Assembly (NCBI RefSeq): GCF_046119375.1
Contig: NW_027362772.1
Location: 279,000,001 to 279,064,000 of the forward strand
Length of the DNA stretch: 64,000 nt
DNA from: Phyllobates terribilis
Lineage: Eukaryota
Reading direction: 5' to 3'
Below, piece after piece: positions 49,400-59,939 of this stretch (its first letter is position 1; each line of letters starts with the position of its first letter). The translations under genes and the position numbers were made by a program. The notes under the pieces are model-generated. The model made no database searches. It worked only from the letters and a program-made list of their open reading frames with translations, and was not told where the DNA came from.

Positions 49400-49433
49400 A
49401 GGGCCAACCCCCAGGAAAAAGATCACCAGGCCC
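49375..49433 (+). promoter_or_regulatory. Predicted -1 ribosomal frameshift signal: slippery heptamer plus H-type pseudoknot
   Basis: T TTA AAC in the gag frame, 8-nt spacer, stem 1 CCTGGGG/CCCCAGG, stem 2 GGGCC/GGCCC. Confidence 0.75.
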
Positions 49434-49455
49434 ATCGAACTGGCGCGACAGATAT

Positions 49456-52400
49456 GTGGGAGGACGTCCAGTCTTGCCTGTGGTACTGGATGGCATTCCC
49501 ATGAGTGCCCTACTGGATACCGGGTCACAGGTCACCACCATCCCGTACGTGCTCTTCAAGCAGTACTGGAATGACTCGGATATTACCCACTACCCTGACG
49601 ACGACTTGAGTATCATCGCCAGCAATGGCCAGCCCGTGCCACAGATCGGATTTAAGGAGGTGGCCCTCAAAATCGGTAGAGTCGAACTGGCCGCACAGGG
49701 ACTGATCATTGTAGATATTGATAAACATGAGAGTCACCCAAAAATAACTCTAGGAACTAACGTAATTGAAAATTGTCTTGCAGAGGTGATTTTCCTTTTA
49801 CAGCAGGTTGCCAAGAACGCCAGCTCCGGCGAGCAGCGGGTGCTCCAGAAAGAGATCCGGGCACTGATGCAACGGCAACAAGTGGAACTCTCCGGCGGTG
49901 AGATTGGTAGCGTAAGAATGTGTGACCCTTTTCCTATTGCCATGCCCCCAAAAAGTGAAATGATGATTTGGTGCCGGGCAGCTATTGGTCTGAGAGGAAG
50001 AGATTACCAGGCAATGGTAGAACCAGTTTACTCAGACAGTAGGCCCACCATTTTGACAGCACGGGGGGTGGTCAATGTACGCCATGGGAGGGTGCCCATT
50101 CGCATAATAAATATCGGGGAGAGGGAAGTGTACCTGCCCCGGTATGCCACGCTAGCCAAATTATATACCACTAATCAAAATTCTATACAATCTGTGGAAC
50201 CCTTGCCTCCATCTCACCCGGAGGACGGTAACGGCTCTAAGAAAGACATGGAGGACTGGTGTCAGCAACTACATTTGGGTACTGATTCCACTCCCTCACA
50301 TCAGAAACAAGGAGTCTATCGGGTGGTTCAAGAGTATGAGAGAGTGTTTAGTAAACACCCGTTAGACTTCGGGCGAGTCAAGGGGGTAGAACACCGCATC
50401 CCCACGGGAGATCATCCTCCCATAAAAGAGAGGTATCGACCCGTACCCCCTGCACATTACCAACACGCCAAGGGGATGCTTAGAGACATGAAGGAGGCTG
50501 GGGTAATCCGGGATAGCTGTAGCCCCTGGGCAGCCCCACTAGTTTTAGTCAAAAAGAAAGACAACACCATGAGGATGTGTGTAGATTACCGGAAAATCAA
50601 CCGTATCACACACAAGGATGCGTACCCCTTACCAAGGATAGAGGAGTCATTGGCTGCTTTAAGATCTGCTAACTTCTTCTCTACCTTGGATCTCACTAGC
50701 GGGTACTGGCAGGTTCCTGTAGCAGAGGCGGACCGGGAGAAGACCGCATTCACCACCCCGATGGGACTTAGTGAGTTCACCTGCATGCCGTTCGGACTCT
50801 GCAACGCCCCAGGAACCTTCCAACGATTAATGGAGTGCTGTCTGGGCCACAGAAACTTCGAGACGGTCCTGTTGTACCTGGACGATGTCATCGTATACTC
50901 CAAAACTTATGAGGACCACCTGAAACACCTGGCGGAGGTGTTCGAAGCTCTGGCGAGTTACGGCCTAAAGGTGAAACCCTCCAAGTGTCACCTCCTGAAA
51001 CCAAAGGTGCAATACCTGGGACACGTGGTGAGCGCTGACGGAGTGGCTCCCGACCCCGATAAGATCACCGCAATTAAGGGATGGCCAAGCCCCTCCAGCG
51101 TAAAAGAAGTGCGGCAGTTCCTAGGGTTGGTAGGCTACTACCGAAGGTTTATTCCCGGTTTCACCAAAAAGGCAGCGCCTATGCAGGACCTCCTGATAGG
51201 CCAGTCCCGGAAGGCCAAGAACCAGAAGCCGCCCTTCAAATGGGAAGAGCTAGAAGAAGAGTCCTTCCGCCAGCTGAAGATGGCCCTCACGGGGGATGAA
51301 ATCTTGGCGTACCCAGACTATAGCCAGCCCTTCATCCTCTACACCGACGCCAGTAACATCGGGCTAGGAGCCGTACTATCCCAGATTCAGCAGGGGAGAG
51401 AACGAGTGATCTCCTATGCCAGCCGAAAACTGCGACCCACCGAAAGGAACCCCGAGAATTACAGCTCATTTAAGCTAGAGTTCCTGGCCGTGGTATGGGC
51501 AGTCACCGAGCGCTTTAGGCATTACCTCGCTTCTTCCCGGTTCACCGTATACACGGATAACAACCCGTTGATACACCTGGACACGGCAAGACTCGGTGCC
51601 CTGGAGCAGAGGTGGATGGCCCGTCTGTCCAACTACGAGTTCACAATCAAATACCGGGCAGGACGCTCCAATACTAACGCCGATGCCCTGTCCAGGATGC
51701 CCAACCTGCCGGACGAAGGAGAAGATCCGGAGGGACTGGAAGAAGTTGAACTCCCTGCGTTCCACCGTCATGGGACTATCCAGTATTCCCACCGGGTAAG
51801 GGGTAAACAGGCTGCTACGTTGAACCCCTTACCCCACTACAACTGGGCGGAAACGCAAGACAGCGACCCTGCCGTCCGACTGGTGAAGGAGATGCTGACT
51901 CGGCCGGAGGCTCGACTTGAACCAGACGCTCCGGAGGAAGCCAAACAACTATGGGCGGAGAAGAGTCGACTATTCCTTTACAAGGGGAAGTTGTGCCGCA
52001 GAATGGTCAACTCCCAGACGCATGAACTACTCTGGCAAGTAGTGGTGCCACGAAGAGATGCAGCCATGGTGATGGAGGCATACCACGACGGAGCTGGACA
52101 CTTCGGGTGGAAAAAGCTGGAGTTCCTGCTGCGCGAGCGGTTCCACTGGGTAGGCATGAGGGGAACCATCGAGAAGTGGTGCAGAGACTGTGGCCCGTGC
52201 AATCTGAGAAGGAAGGACCGGGCCAGCCAGAAGACTCCCCTGCAGTCCATCGTCACCCGGCAACCGTTGGAACTGGTAGCCTTGGATCATGTAAAACTGA
52301 CCCCAAGCAGAAGTGGCTACGTCTACGCGTTAACCATCGTGGATCATTACTCCCGGTTCTTGGTTGTCGTCCCCGTCAAGGACTTAACGGCTCAAACAGC

Positions 52401-53511
52401 AGCTAGAGCCTTCCAGCAGCACTTCTGCCGTCCACACGGGTACCCGGACCAAGTGCTGACGGACCAGGGACCTGCCTTTGAAGCGGAGGTCTTCCAGGAA
52501 TTCTGCAATCTGTATGGCTGCCGGAAGATAAGGACGACACCCTACCATCCGCAAACTAATGGACTTTGTGAAAAAATGAACCAGGTGGTAATGGATCTGC
52601 TAAAAACATTGCCCCTGGAAGAACGCAGTCTGTGGCCTGAGAAGTTGCCCGATCTGGTGGACCTATACAACCACATCCCGGTAGGTTCCACCAACTGTAC
52701 CCCGGCTTACCTAATGAGGGCGAGACCTGGTAAGTTACCTGTTGACCTGGAAATGGGAGTCCTGACACCTGAGGACACTTCACCAGAAACAGACTGGGAC
52801 ACAGAGAGGCAGCAGCAGTACCGGAGAGTACAAGAGAGCGTGGAGCGAAGTCTCTGTCAGGCTAGGGAAAGACAAGAGAAGACTTACAACCAGTATGCTC
52901 CCGCTGTTCCCCTGGTACCCGGAGAGCAGGTCTTGAAGAGGAAAAGACGGCTCCACAAGTTGGATGACCAGTGGGAGGAGGACCCGTACACCGTACTGCC
53001 CTCAAGCCACGAGAACCCGAAGGTCTGTACCATCAGTAAAGACGGAGGGGAAACCACAGCCATTGTATCCCGGGACCACCTGAAGAAGTGTCCCGAACAA
53101 CTGAGGAACCCTGAAGAGGAACAAGAAGACCATCGACCCGTGGAAGAAAGGGAAGATATGGTTAGTACCGTGCTCGGGGACTTCCCTCAGTCTTGGACTC
53201 AAGTCAATGGTGCAGTTGTGGTACCCGTACTCACCTTCCTCCAACCATCATCCCAAGAACCTACGGAGCAACGGGTAGAGCTGGAAGAACAGCCGGTCCA
53301 GGAGGCAGAAGACTCCACACAAGCAGAACAGGAGAATCAACCCTCTGCTTATAGTGAGCCTGCCGTACCCCTAGTGAGACAAAGAGCCGGTAGACAGCTG
53401 CCCAGTTTACCCTTGACAGCTCCTACACCCTGTAGTTCAGGGCCAGACAGTCAGCTCTGTAGGTCCACTCGGGCCACTAGAGGCCAGTTACCCGCACGCT
53501 GGAGAATTTAA
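49456..53511 (+). CDS. Pol of element C (PR-RT-RNase H-IN), probably expressed by -1 frameshift from gag
   Basis: Uninterrupted 1351-aa frame, -1 relative to gag. Motifs LDTGS, YLDD, YTDAS, HDGAGH...CGPC, LDHV, TDQG, NGLCE. Confidence 0.95.
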   Translation: MGGRPVLPVVLDGIPMSALLDTGSQVTTIPYVLFKQYWNDSDITHYPDDDLSIIASNGQPVPQIGFKEVALKIGRVELAAQGLIIVDIDKHESHPKITLGTNVIENCLAEVIFLLQQVAKNASSGEQRVLQKEIRALMQRQQVELSGGEIGSVRMCDPFPIAMPPKSEMMIWCRAAIGLRGRDYQAMVEPVYSDSRPTILTARGVVNVRHGRVPIRIINIGEREVYLPRYATLAKLYTTNQNSIQSVEPLPPSHPEDGNGSKKDMEDWCQQLHLGTDSTPSHQKQGVYRVVQEYERVFSKHPLDFGRVKGVEHRIPTGDHPPIKERYRPVPPAHYQHAKGMLRDMKEAGVIRDSCSPWAAPLVLVKKKDNTMRMCVDYRKINRITHKDAYPLPRIEESLAALRSANFFSTLDLTSGYWQVPVAEADREKTAFTTPMGLSEFTCMPFGLCNAPGTFQRLMECCLGHRNFETVLLYLDDVIVYSKTYEDHLKHLAEVFEALASYGLKVKPSKCHLLKPKVQYLGHVVSADGVAPDPDKITAIKGWPSPSSVKEVRQFLGLVGYYRRFIPGFTKKAAPMQDLLIGQSRKAKNQKPPFKWEELEEESFRQLKMALTGDEILAYPDYSQPFILYTDASNIGLGAVLSQIQQGRERVISYASRKLRPTERNPENYSSFKLEFLAVVWAVTERFRHYLASSRFTVYTDNNPLIHLDTARLGALEQRWMARLSNYEFTIKYRAGRSNTNADALSRMPNLPDEGEDPEGLEEVELPAFHRHGTIQYSHRVRGKQAATLNPLPHYNWAETQDSDPAVRLVKEMLTRPEARLEPDAPEEAKQLWAEKSRLFLYKGKLCRRMVNSQTHELLWQVVVPRRDAAMVMEAYHDGAGHFGWKKLEFLLRERFHWVGMRGTIEKWCRDCGPCNLRRKDRASQKTPLQSIVTRQPLELVALDHVKLTPSRSGYVYALTIVDHYSRFLVVVPVKDLTAQTAARAFQQHFCRPHGYPDQVLTDQGPAFEAEVFQEFCNLYGCRKIRTTPYHPQTNGLCEKMNQVVMDLLKTLPLEERSLWPEKLPDLVDLYNHIPVGSTNCTPAYLMRARPGKLPVDLEMGVLTPEDTSPETDWDTERQQQYRRVQESVERSLCQARERQEKTYNQYAPAVPLVPGEQVLKRKRRLHKLDDQWEEDPYTVLPSSHENPKVCTISKDGGETTAIVSRDHLKKCPEQLRNPEEEQEDHRPVEEREDMVSTVLGDFPQSWTQVNGAVVVPVLTFLQPSSQEPTEQRVELEEQPVQEAEDSTQAEQENQPSAYSEPAVPLVRQRAGRQLPSLPLTAPTPCSSGPDSQLCRSTRATRGQLPARWRI

Positions 53512-55127
53512 AGTGTATAAATTGTTTTATTTATGTTTTTCTGTGTATTGTTGCTTGTGAATAATTTTGTGTTTCCAGTTGTTTTTAGGAAACCTTGGTG
53601 GATTTACCGGGAATCCTTGTATATAGTTGGAGCGTAACCCAGGATGGACTAGAGACTGTTAAGGACTCGGGGTAGGACAGACCCCTACCTGGTTACGTCT
53701 CCCTGTGTTGGTGAAATGGACACCTTTGCTTTTCTTCAAAGACTGCACCCGGTTGCGGACACGCCGCAACCATCTTATGTGTTTTTCTTATAGTATTGTT
53801 ATTGTTATACTTTGTTATGTTTTTCTAAATGTGTTTAGTCCCGGAGTACTAAATTTCACTAGGGGGGAATGTGGCACCCCAGGGGTCTGGTTTTCCACAG
53901 TAATGTAATGTTATGTCTGAGAGCAGGTGGGAGGTCCTTTGGTCAGGGATCCTGTGCATGCCACACCTCCTGCCCAGTCTTGGGAGGGGAAGAACTTCCC
54001 CTGTATAAACCCGGGGCTGAGGCAGGGTGAGTCAGACAAGGAGAGTGGAGAAGAGAAGCAGCATAGGAAACAGCAGAGTTACTAGGAGTCAGGGGCTGGC
54101 AGCTACAGAGCTCGCCCTGACTAAGAAGATTCTTTACCGGACCCGGAGTCCGAGGCTGTGGGGACTAACTCCTACCCAGCAGCAGAATCCGTCGGGCAGG
54201 GGATTTCAGGTCCTCTGGCCCAGAAGCCCGAAGGCACGGTCACACGCGTGGGACCAGCACCGCCATCGTGGAGCGGAAGCCATTAGAAGGCCCCGAGTCA
54301 CCGGCCATACGGGTGAGCACCACACGGTACACTCAGGGACGTGGGCTACTTACATCAGCTTCTAGCAAGGTAGCCAGAAGAGTACAGTCAGTTTGGGAGG
54401 CCTACAACTACGCCTGGCCAGGGGAGATCCCATCTGCTCAAAGACTGACCAGGCCCCTTTTGCTAGCAAGTACTCCGGGAGGGTCTGTCGTTGTTACCAG
54501 TAAAGACCCTGAACTACACCGTACCGTCTCTGAGTGGTTCCTGCTACCCCCATCATCCACGTCGGCTGCCCTGAGGCCATACCCCTCCCGTTGGGGGTTA
54601 TACTATCACGCTGCACAATCCCACCATCGGCCTCAGCGGTCTGCCCTGCAGCAGCAGCCCCCTGGCTGCACTCAACGGGTGGCGTAGTCATCAACCATTT
54701 ACTACTAATGGACTGCCGTCTAGTTTGACTCCCTGGGCACGGACCGGGTCACCGCCACGAGACTACAACCCTCCACAGATCCGGCTCCGGGTAAGCTCCC
54801 GCATGCGCAGCGCAGCGCGACACAGGCCCAGGGGCGCGTCATATGGGCTGACAAACATTTACCCCTAGGGGGTATACATGAACATACTGTATAAAAAAAA
54901 AATTTTAAGGACATCATAAACACCCTTTAAAAAAATTATGTGGGTGTTCCATCACGGACCACGGTTACCCTGGTGATGTGGTGGTGGAGGATGAGGATGA
55001 GGAGGAGTAGGAAAAGAGCAAATAGCCAAAATCAGGAAGTGTATACCCATGTGTGGGTGTGAAAAGGTGCATGGGAATACACCTCCCAAAAAAAGACAGT
55101 GGATTTGAGTTTATGTTATGCTGCTAT

Positions 55128-58100
55128 TGTGGCGCCCCTGCGGGTTCAGTGGACACAGAGGTACTGCATCTCACCCAGAGGTGTGGTATCCCACTCTCAG
55201 GTAAGGATGGAGTACTGCCCAGGACCCAAACACCTGCATCCAACACTACACTACTCCAGACAGCAGGAGGGGCAAGATCCATTGCTGCGCTGCTGAGCCC
55301 TGACCCTGGCTGGAGTGGGGGGAACCAAGAGGGGAACTATGTAGTGGGTGTGAGTGGAGGAAGCAGTTCAGGGGAGCACTTGAGAAGGAGGATATAAAAA
55401 GGGGAAGCCATCTTGGGAGTGTGAGAACAGTCTGAGGGAACAGTGAGGAGAGAGTGTGTGGAGCAGGAGCTCTGCAGGAGCTCTGCTCAGGAGGAGGGCC
55501 TAGTGAGAGAGGCCCAGGACAGACTGAAGAGAGGAGAGGAACAGGAAGGAAGGCTCCAGAATAGAAAGGATCCCAGGGGCACGGGCAGTGCGGATGCCAC
55601 CCGTGCGCCCGAATCCACCAGGAGTGGAAGGATCAGGCCGCAGAGAGGGGACCGGCCCCTAAACTAGCAGAGTTCTTCAAGTCTCAACTAGATAACCGGA
55701 GGCTGCAGCATTTCAGGTGCTGCAGCCAACAGCCACATCTAATCGCTAAAAAGGTGACCATAGAGGACCCAGGGGACAGAGAAGACGTCGCCAGACAGTG
55801 TCCGCAGTCACTGGCTTGGGACACTCAGTGTGAGGCGCAGGGCAGGAGGGTGAGAGCCAGCGCAGGAAGACGACTAGAAAAGGCACACAGAACGGGGTCC
55901 CGTTACGTACTCCGGAGGTACCTGGGAGTTTGCTGAACCCCTCCCAGGGTAAACACAGGATGGCGTGGGGAGTTACCCTGGCCCTGGTAACTTGGAGTCT
56001 AAAAATCGTGAGTAAAACCCTGAAGACTGCACCCCACTGTCTCTGCGAATTATTACTGCGCCATCATCCCCTGCACCGCTCTGCACAACAGCAACATCTA
56101 TTACATCCCCACTACTCTGCCCTGGAGCTAAGCTCTACCCGTGGAGAGCTGAACCAACTCTGCTGCATTAACAACAGCTCCAGAGAACCTGCTCCACAGC
56201 GGTGGCTCCTTTTAGCCGCATACCACAGGTGGCGTCACGAACATTTCATAAAAACTATAATCCTTTTCTTTAAAACCCCTTTTAATTGACCGCCCTGAGT
56301 CACGGACCAGGTCACCGCCACTGTGACATCTCCCCTAGCAACGACAGGCCCGGCTACCGAGTACCCCACGGCCCAGGGGGCGCGTCATTATTTTGGCGTC
56401 ACGAACAGGATATGAACTTACCCGTTATCACCGGGTATTGTGCGCCTAGAGACTGTGTTCTATACTGAATGTGGCGCCCACCCTAGAAGAACGGGCGTCA
56501 TTATGTGCGTTATCAAGGATGACAAGAAACCTCCCATCGTAGGCCGGGTTCCAGAATGGCGCCAAAAGCACAACCCGCCCCATGCGCCTGTGGCCATATA
56601 CCTGGATCTGTCCATCAGTCTGGGGAAGCTGCCTCCGGGTGTGGCTGACAGCAAGCAGCCATGGGACCGCCCCAGAAAGGGGAGAGGAGAGAAGAAACCT
56701 GGGAGACAGGGCGAAGTTTCCAGCAGTCTAGACAGACCGCACCCGGCAGGCAAGATGGAGAGAGGTCAGCCTGAAGCTCCGTCTTGTGGTCTGCAGCCCG
56801 AGGCAGAACCCCTCACCATGGAGGGGATGCTAACAAAGTTGTCCCTGGAGGACACCAGCTTTATCCGGGATGAGATGCAAGAACTGGGCAGGAGGATGGA
56901 AGAGGCCCAGCAAGCTGCGATTGCTGCCTGAAGAGTGGACCTGGTGGAGAAGTTGATGACCCGGCAGCAGTCGGCGTTGCAAGTGACCGGCAGTGCTCCG
57001 GCCCCGGCGGAGCTGCACACAGACCAGGAGGTGTCAGTCGCGGGAGCAGGTAGGAGAGATCCCCCTGTCCTGGACGTGGCTGGCGCTGCTCCGTCCCTCT
57101 TCCCTCTGGCGGAACCTTGGTCTCCGGGCGCTCACGCCACAGAACTGCTCCTGGGCCTGGAACCATCAACCCCGGGCGCTGGTGATGCAGACCTGCTCCT
57201 GTGCCCCCTGCTAGAGCCACATGCCTCTACACCTGAATGGGTGTACGGACGCACGGCCTGGGACTGGTCCGCGGAGGTGGAAGACCAGAGCCTCCCGTTG
57301 CTGCCCTCTCCTGTGCTCTCAGTCGCCCACCAGGAAGAAGGAGATCCATTCCTGTGGGATAACCCGGGAGGGGACCTCATGGGCCTTCCCCGGGAGGAGC
57401 ATTGCCGGCGGGAGCTCCTGCAGTTGGAAAGGAGCGGCGCATCTGGCGGGTGCGCTGGGAGAAGATGGAGGCGAGGAACATGGAGGAGAAGACTCGGGCC
57501 CGCAAGGCAAAAACAGCCGCACCCAGTCCCCACGTAGAAGGGACTGTCGTGAAGTTCGACCTGGATGCCGGGTGGGGCTTCATCAGAGAGCCACAGGTCG
57601 CGACGGATTTATTTGTTAATCGGAGGGACGTGGAGTCCCACCTCCAGCAAGGACATCCTGACCGAGATCTGTACCCTGGTGACCGAGTCACCTACACCAG
57701 GCATAGAGGTGAGCGGCGCTGGTATGCCCTGAATGTATACAGGGTAGTGGAGGAGGACATGCCCCTGCAATCAGAGGCTGATGACCCGGCTGGGCCAGCC
57801 TACAGCAGACAGGTGTCTCCCCGGAGGAAGCACCACTACTAAGCACAGTATGTGAAACTGAACTGTACTGTATATAGTTAACCGGAAGGGTACATCCTTG
57901 TTTGAGTGAACTAAAAAGTTTTGTGTGCATGATTACCCGGTAAGGGTAAACAAACTGACAGGCTGAGGACTGTGAGCAGACAAAAACTTTTAAACTGTAC
58001 ATAGTTTGCACTTATTAAAGTGCCTCTTATTGGTGTTATATTAAAAGACCACTGAACAAAAACCTGTTTGGCGAGGCCGAAGATGTGGTCCAACAGCTGG

Positions 58101-58208
58101 ATCACCTATGCCCTGAAGCCACGCCCAGGGCCTACGTGGACGGTTTGCGGACAGGTCCCTCATGTTGCTCAAATTGCACCTTCTCCAGTGAGATGGACAC
58201 CCGGTTAT
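55128..58208 (+). mobile_element. Non-autonomous LTR element D carrying a cold-shock-domain ORF; interrupted at 58209, 3' LTR not in the window
   Basis: 1260-bp LTR at 55128-56387 (TGTGGCG...GCGTCA). PBS tRNA-Ser(CGA) at 56394-56411. No gag or pol motifs in the visible part. Confidence 0.8.
56503..57842 (+). pseudogene. Element D protein: N-terminal conserved block, coiled coils, DLMG motif and C-terminal cold-shock domain (57540-57743); one TGA and one frameshift
   Basis: GTVVKFDLDAGWGFI...DLFVNRRDV...LYPGDRVTY...YALNV matches the CSD RNP1/RNP2 pattern. TGA at 56929-56931 aligns to a Trp in E. About 1-nt deletion near 57427. Confidence 0.8.
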
Positions 58209-59939
58209 TAGTGTTGAGCGAGCACTAAAATGCTCGGGTGCTCGAAGCTCGGGCCGAGCTCGCCGTGATACTCGGGTGCTCGACCCGAGCAACGAGCCCA
58301 ATGTTAGTGACGCGCCCCCTGGGACATATTCCTTTTTGAGGGGAATACCCGGCACCGGATCAGATGGGGGGTTGTAGTCTCCGAGCGGCTGTGACCCGGT
58401 CCGTGCCCAGGGCGTCAAACTCAGTGTTATGTGGCAGTCCTACAGATGTTATTAAGAGTTCTTTTGTGTCGACTACGCCACCCGTTGTGATGCGGTCACT
58501 GTGGCCGCCGCTGCAGCAGGGTCCGCTGAGGCTGATGGTGGGTGCGCAGCTTGGTGGGATAACCCCCAACGGGAGGGGTATAGCCTCAGGGGGGACAGGT
58601 GCAGAGGATGGGGGTTGTGGTGGTGCAGTGCAGACGGCAATGAAGACAGAGTCGGGTTGTGCAGTTAAGGGTGTTTACTTACTGCAGATGTTGTACTGGT
58701 CACTCCAGCTTCGAGTGACCACCCGAGCCGTGCTGCGTCCACCAGGTCCTGGATCCAGCCAACCCCCAAACAAGTCCGGAGCGTGGCCCTGAGCTCTCCT
58801 TCTGTCCCGTTCTCTGGCCGTCCCCACCAGTGATCCACCTAGGTCCAGCTCCCTCGGGCCTTCTGTTGGGACACCCTTGGCCTTGGGTTCCCTGACCCTT
58901 CATGTGGTGTGCCTTCGGGGTGGATGTGATGGGTGACCGTGGCAAACGCTGCCCACGGTCTCCGGTCTCTGGCTAGGGTGTGTTTTCTGCCCCCACCAGC
59001 TTGGGTTCCGGTACCCTGTGCCGACTCCTCACCCGGTGCTTTAATTTGGGTTCTTGGGTCCTCTCTGTTTTCCCCTCTGGGTACTCCTTCTCTGCTCCTC
59101 TCTCACTCAGGGTCTTTCTTCTCCTCTGCTCGCTGACTTGTTCTCTGCATCTGACCCTGTTCTTAGTTGGTGCCCACCTTATATACACCCTCTATGTGTG
59201 AGCTCAGGTGACCAGCACCCAATGAGCTCCTATCTTTACCCAGGCTGCTCCCCCTATCTGCCCCTACACTACTTGGGATGTACCACCCCCCTCCCACTCC
59301 AGCCAGGAACAGACTCGGTCGTACCTGCACATTTCTAAGTGGGAGTACCGTCGGCCTGTTCCTCGGAAATGGGATGTGTGTAGTGCATGCAGCCTACCGA
59401 GCTCAGTTTCACACTCCTTCCTTACCCGGGAGTGGAATATCACACCTCTGGGTTGAGGTGCAATACCCCTGTAGCAGCCGAATCCTCAGGGTGCTACATT
59501 CCCCCCTGGTAAATCACAGCACGTCCTCGGGCTGTAAGACATAAATAACACCAAAACATACATTTTTTTTTTTCATAAACATATAAAACAACATATATTA
59601 GCAAATAAAACATTCTCGTCGCCTCTGGCTCCTCCTCCGGTCACTGTGCAACGTGTGACCGGGTACAGTGCGACAGTCTTTCTAGAAAACATAGTTTTCC
59701 TATAAAACCAGTAGGGGGCGCTTTAGGAAGCGCAACTATTTACAGGGGAAGTTGGCCGCTCTCAGTCCTCGGCCAGGTAAAGGGAAGGGAATGGCTGCTC
59801 ACAGTCCTCAGCCTGATATGGATACGGAATAACGGGTGAACAGTTCACTCAGCTGGTCCCAACGGGGACTATATATATGTAGCAACAGTTTCTTTGTACC
59901 CCGGTCGGGTAACTATTTACATCTACTGCTCTGCCGCAC

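Larger units (their letters stand above)
47034..54841 (+). mobile_element. Full-length, apparently intact Gypsy element C
   Basis: 972-bp LTRs at 47034-48005 and 53870-54841, with one difference noticed. TSD TATG. PBS TGGCGTAGTCGGCAGGAT at 48010-48027. PPT AGGGGGGAA before 53870. Confidence 0.98.
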
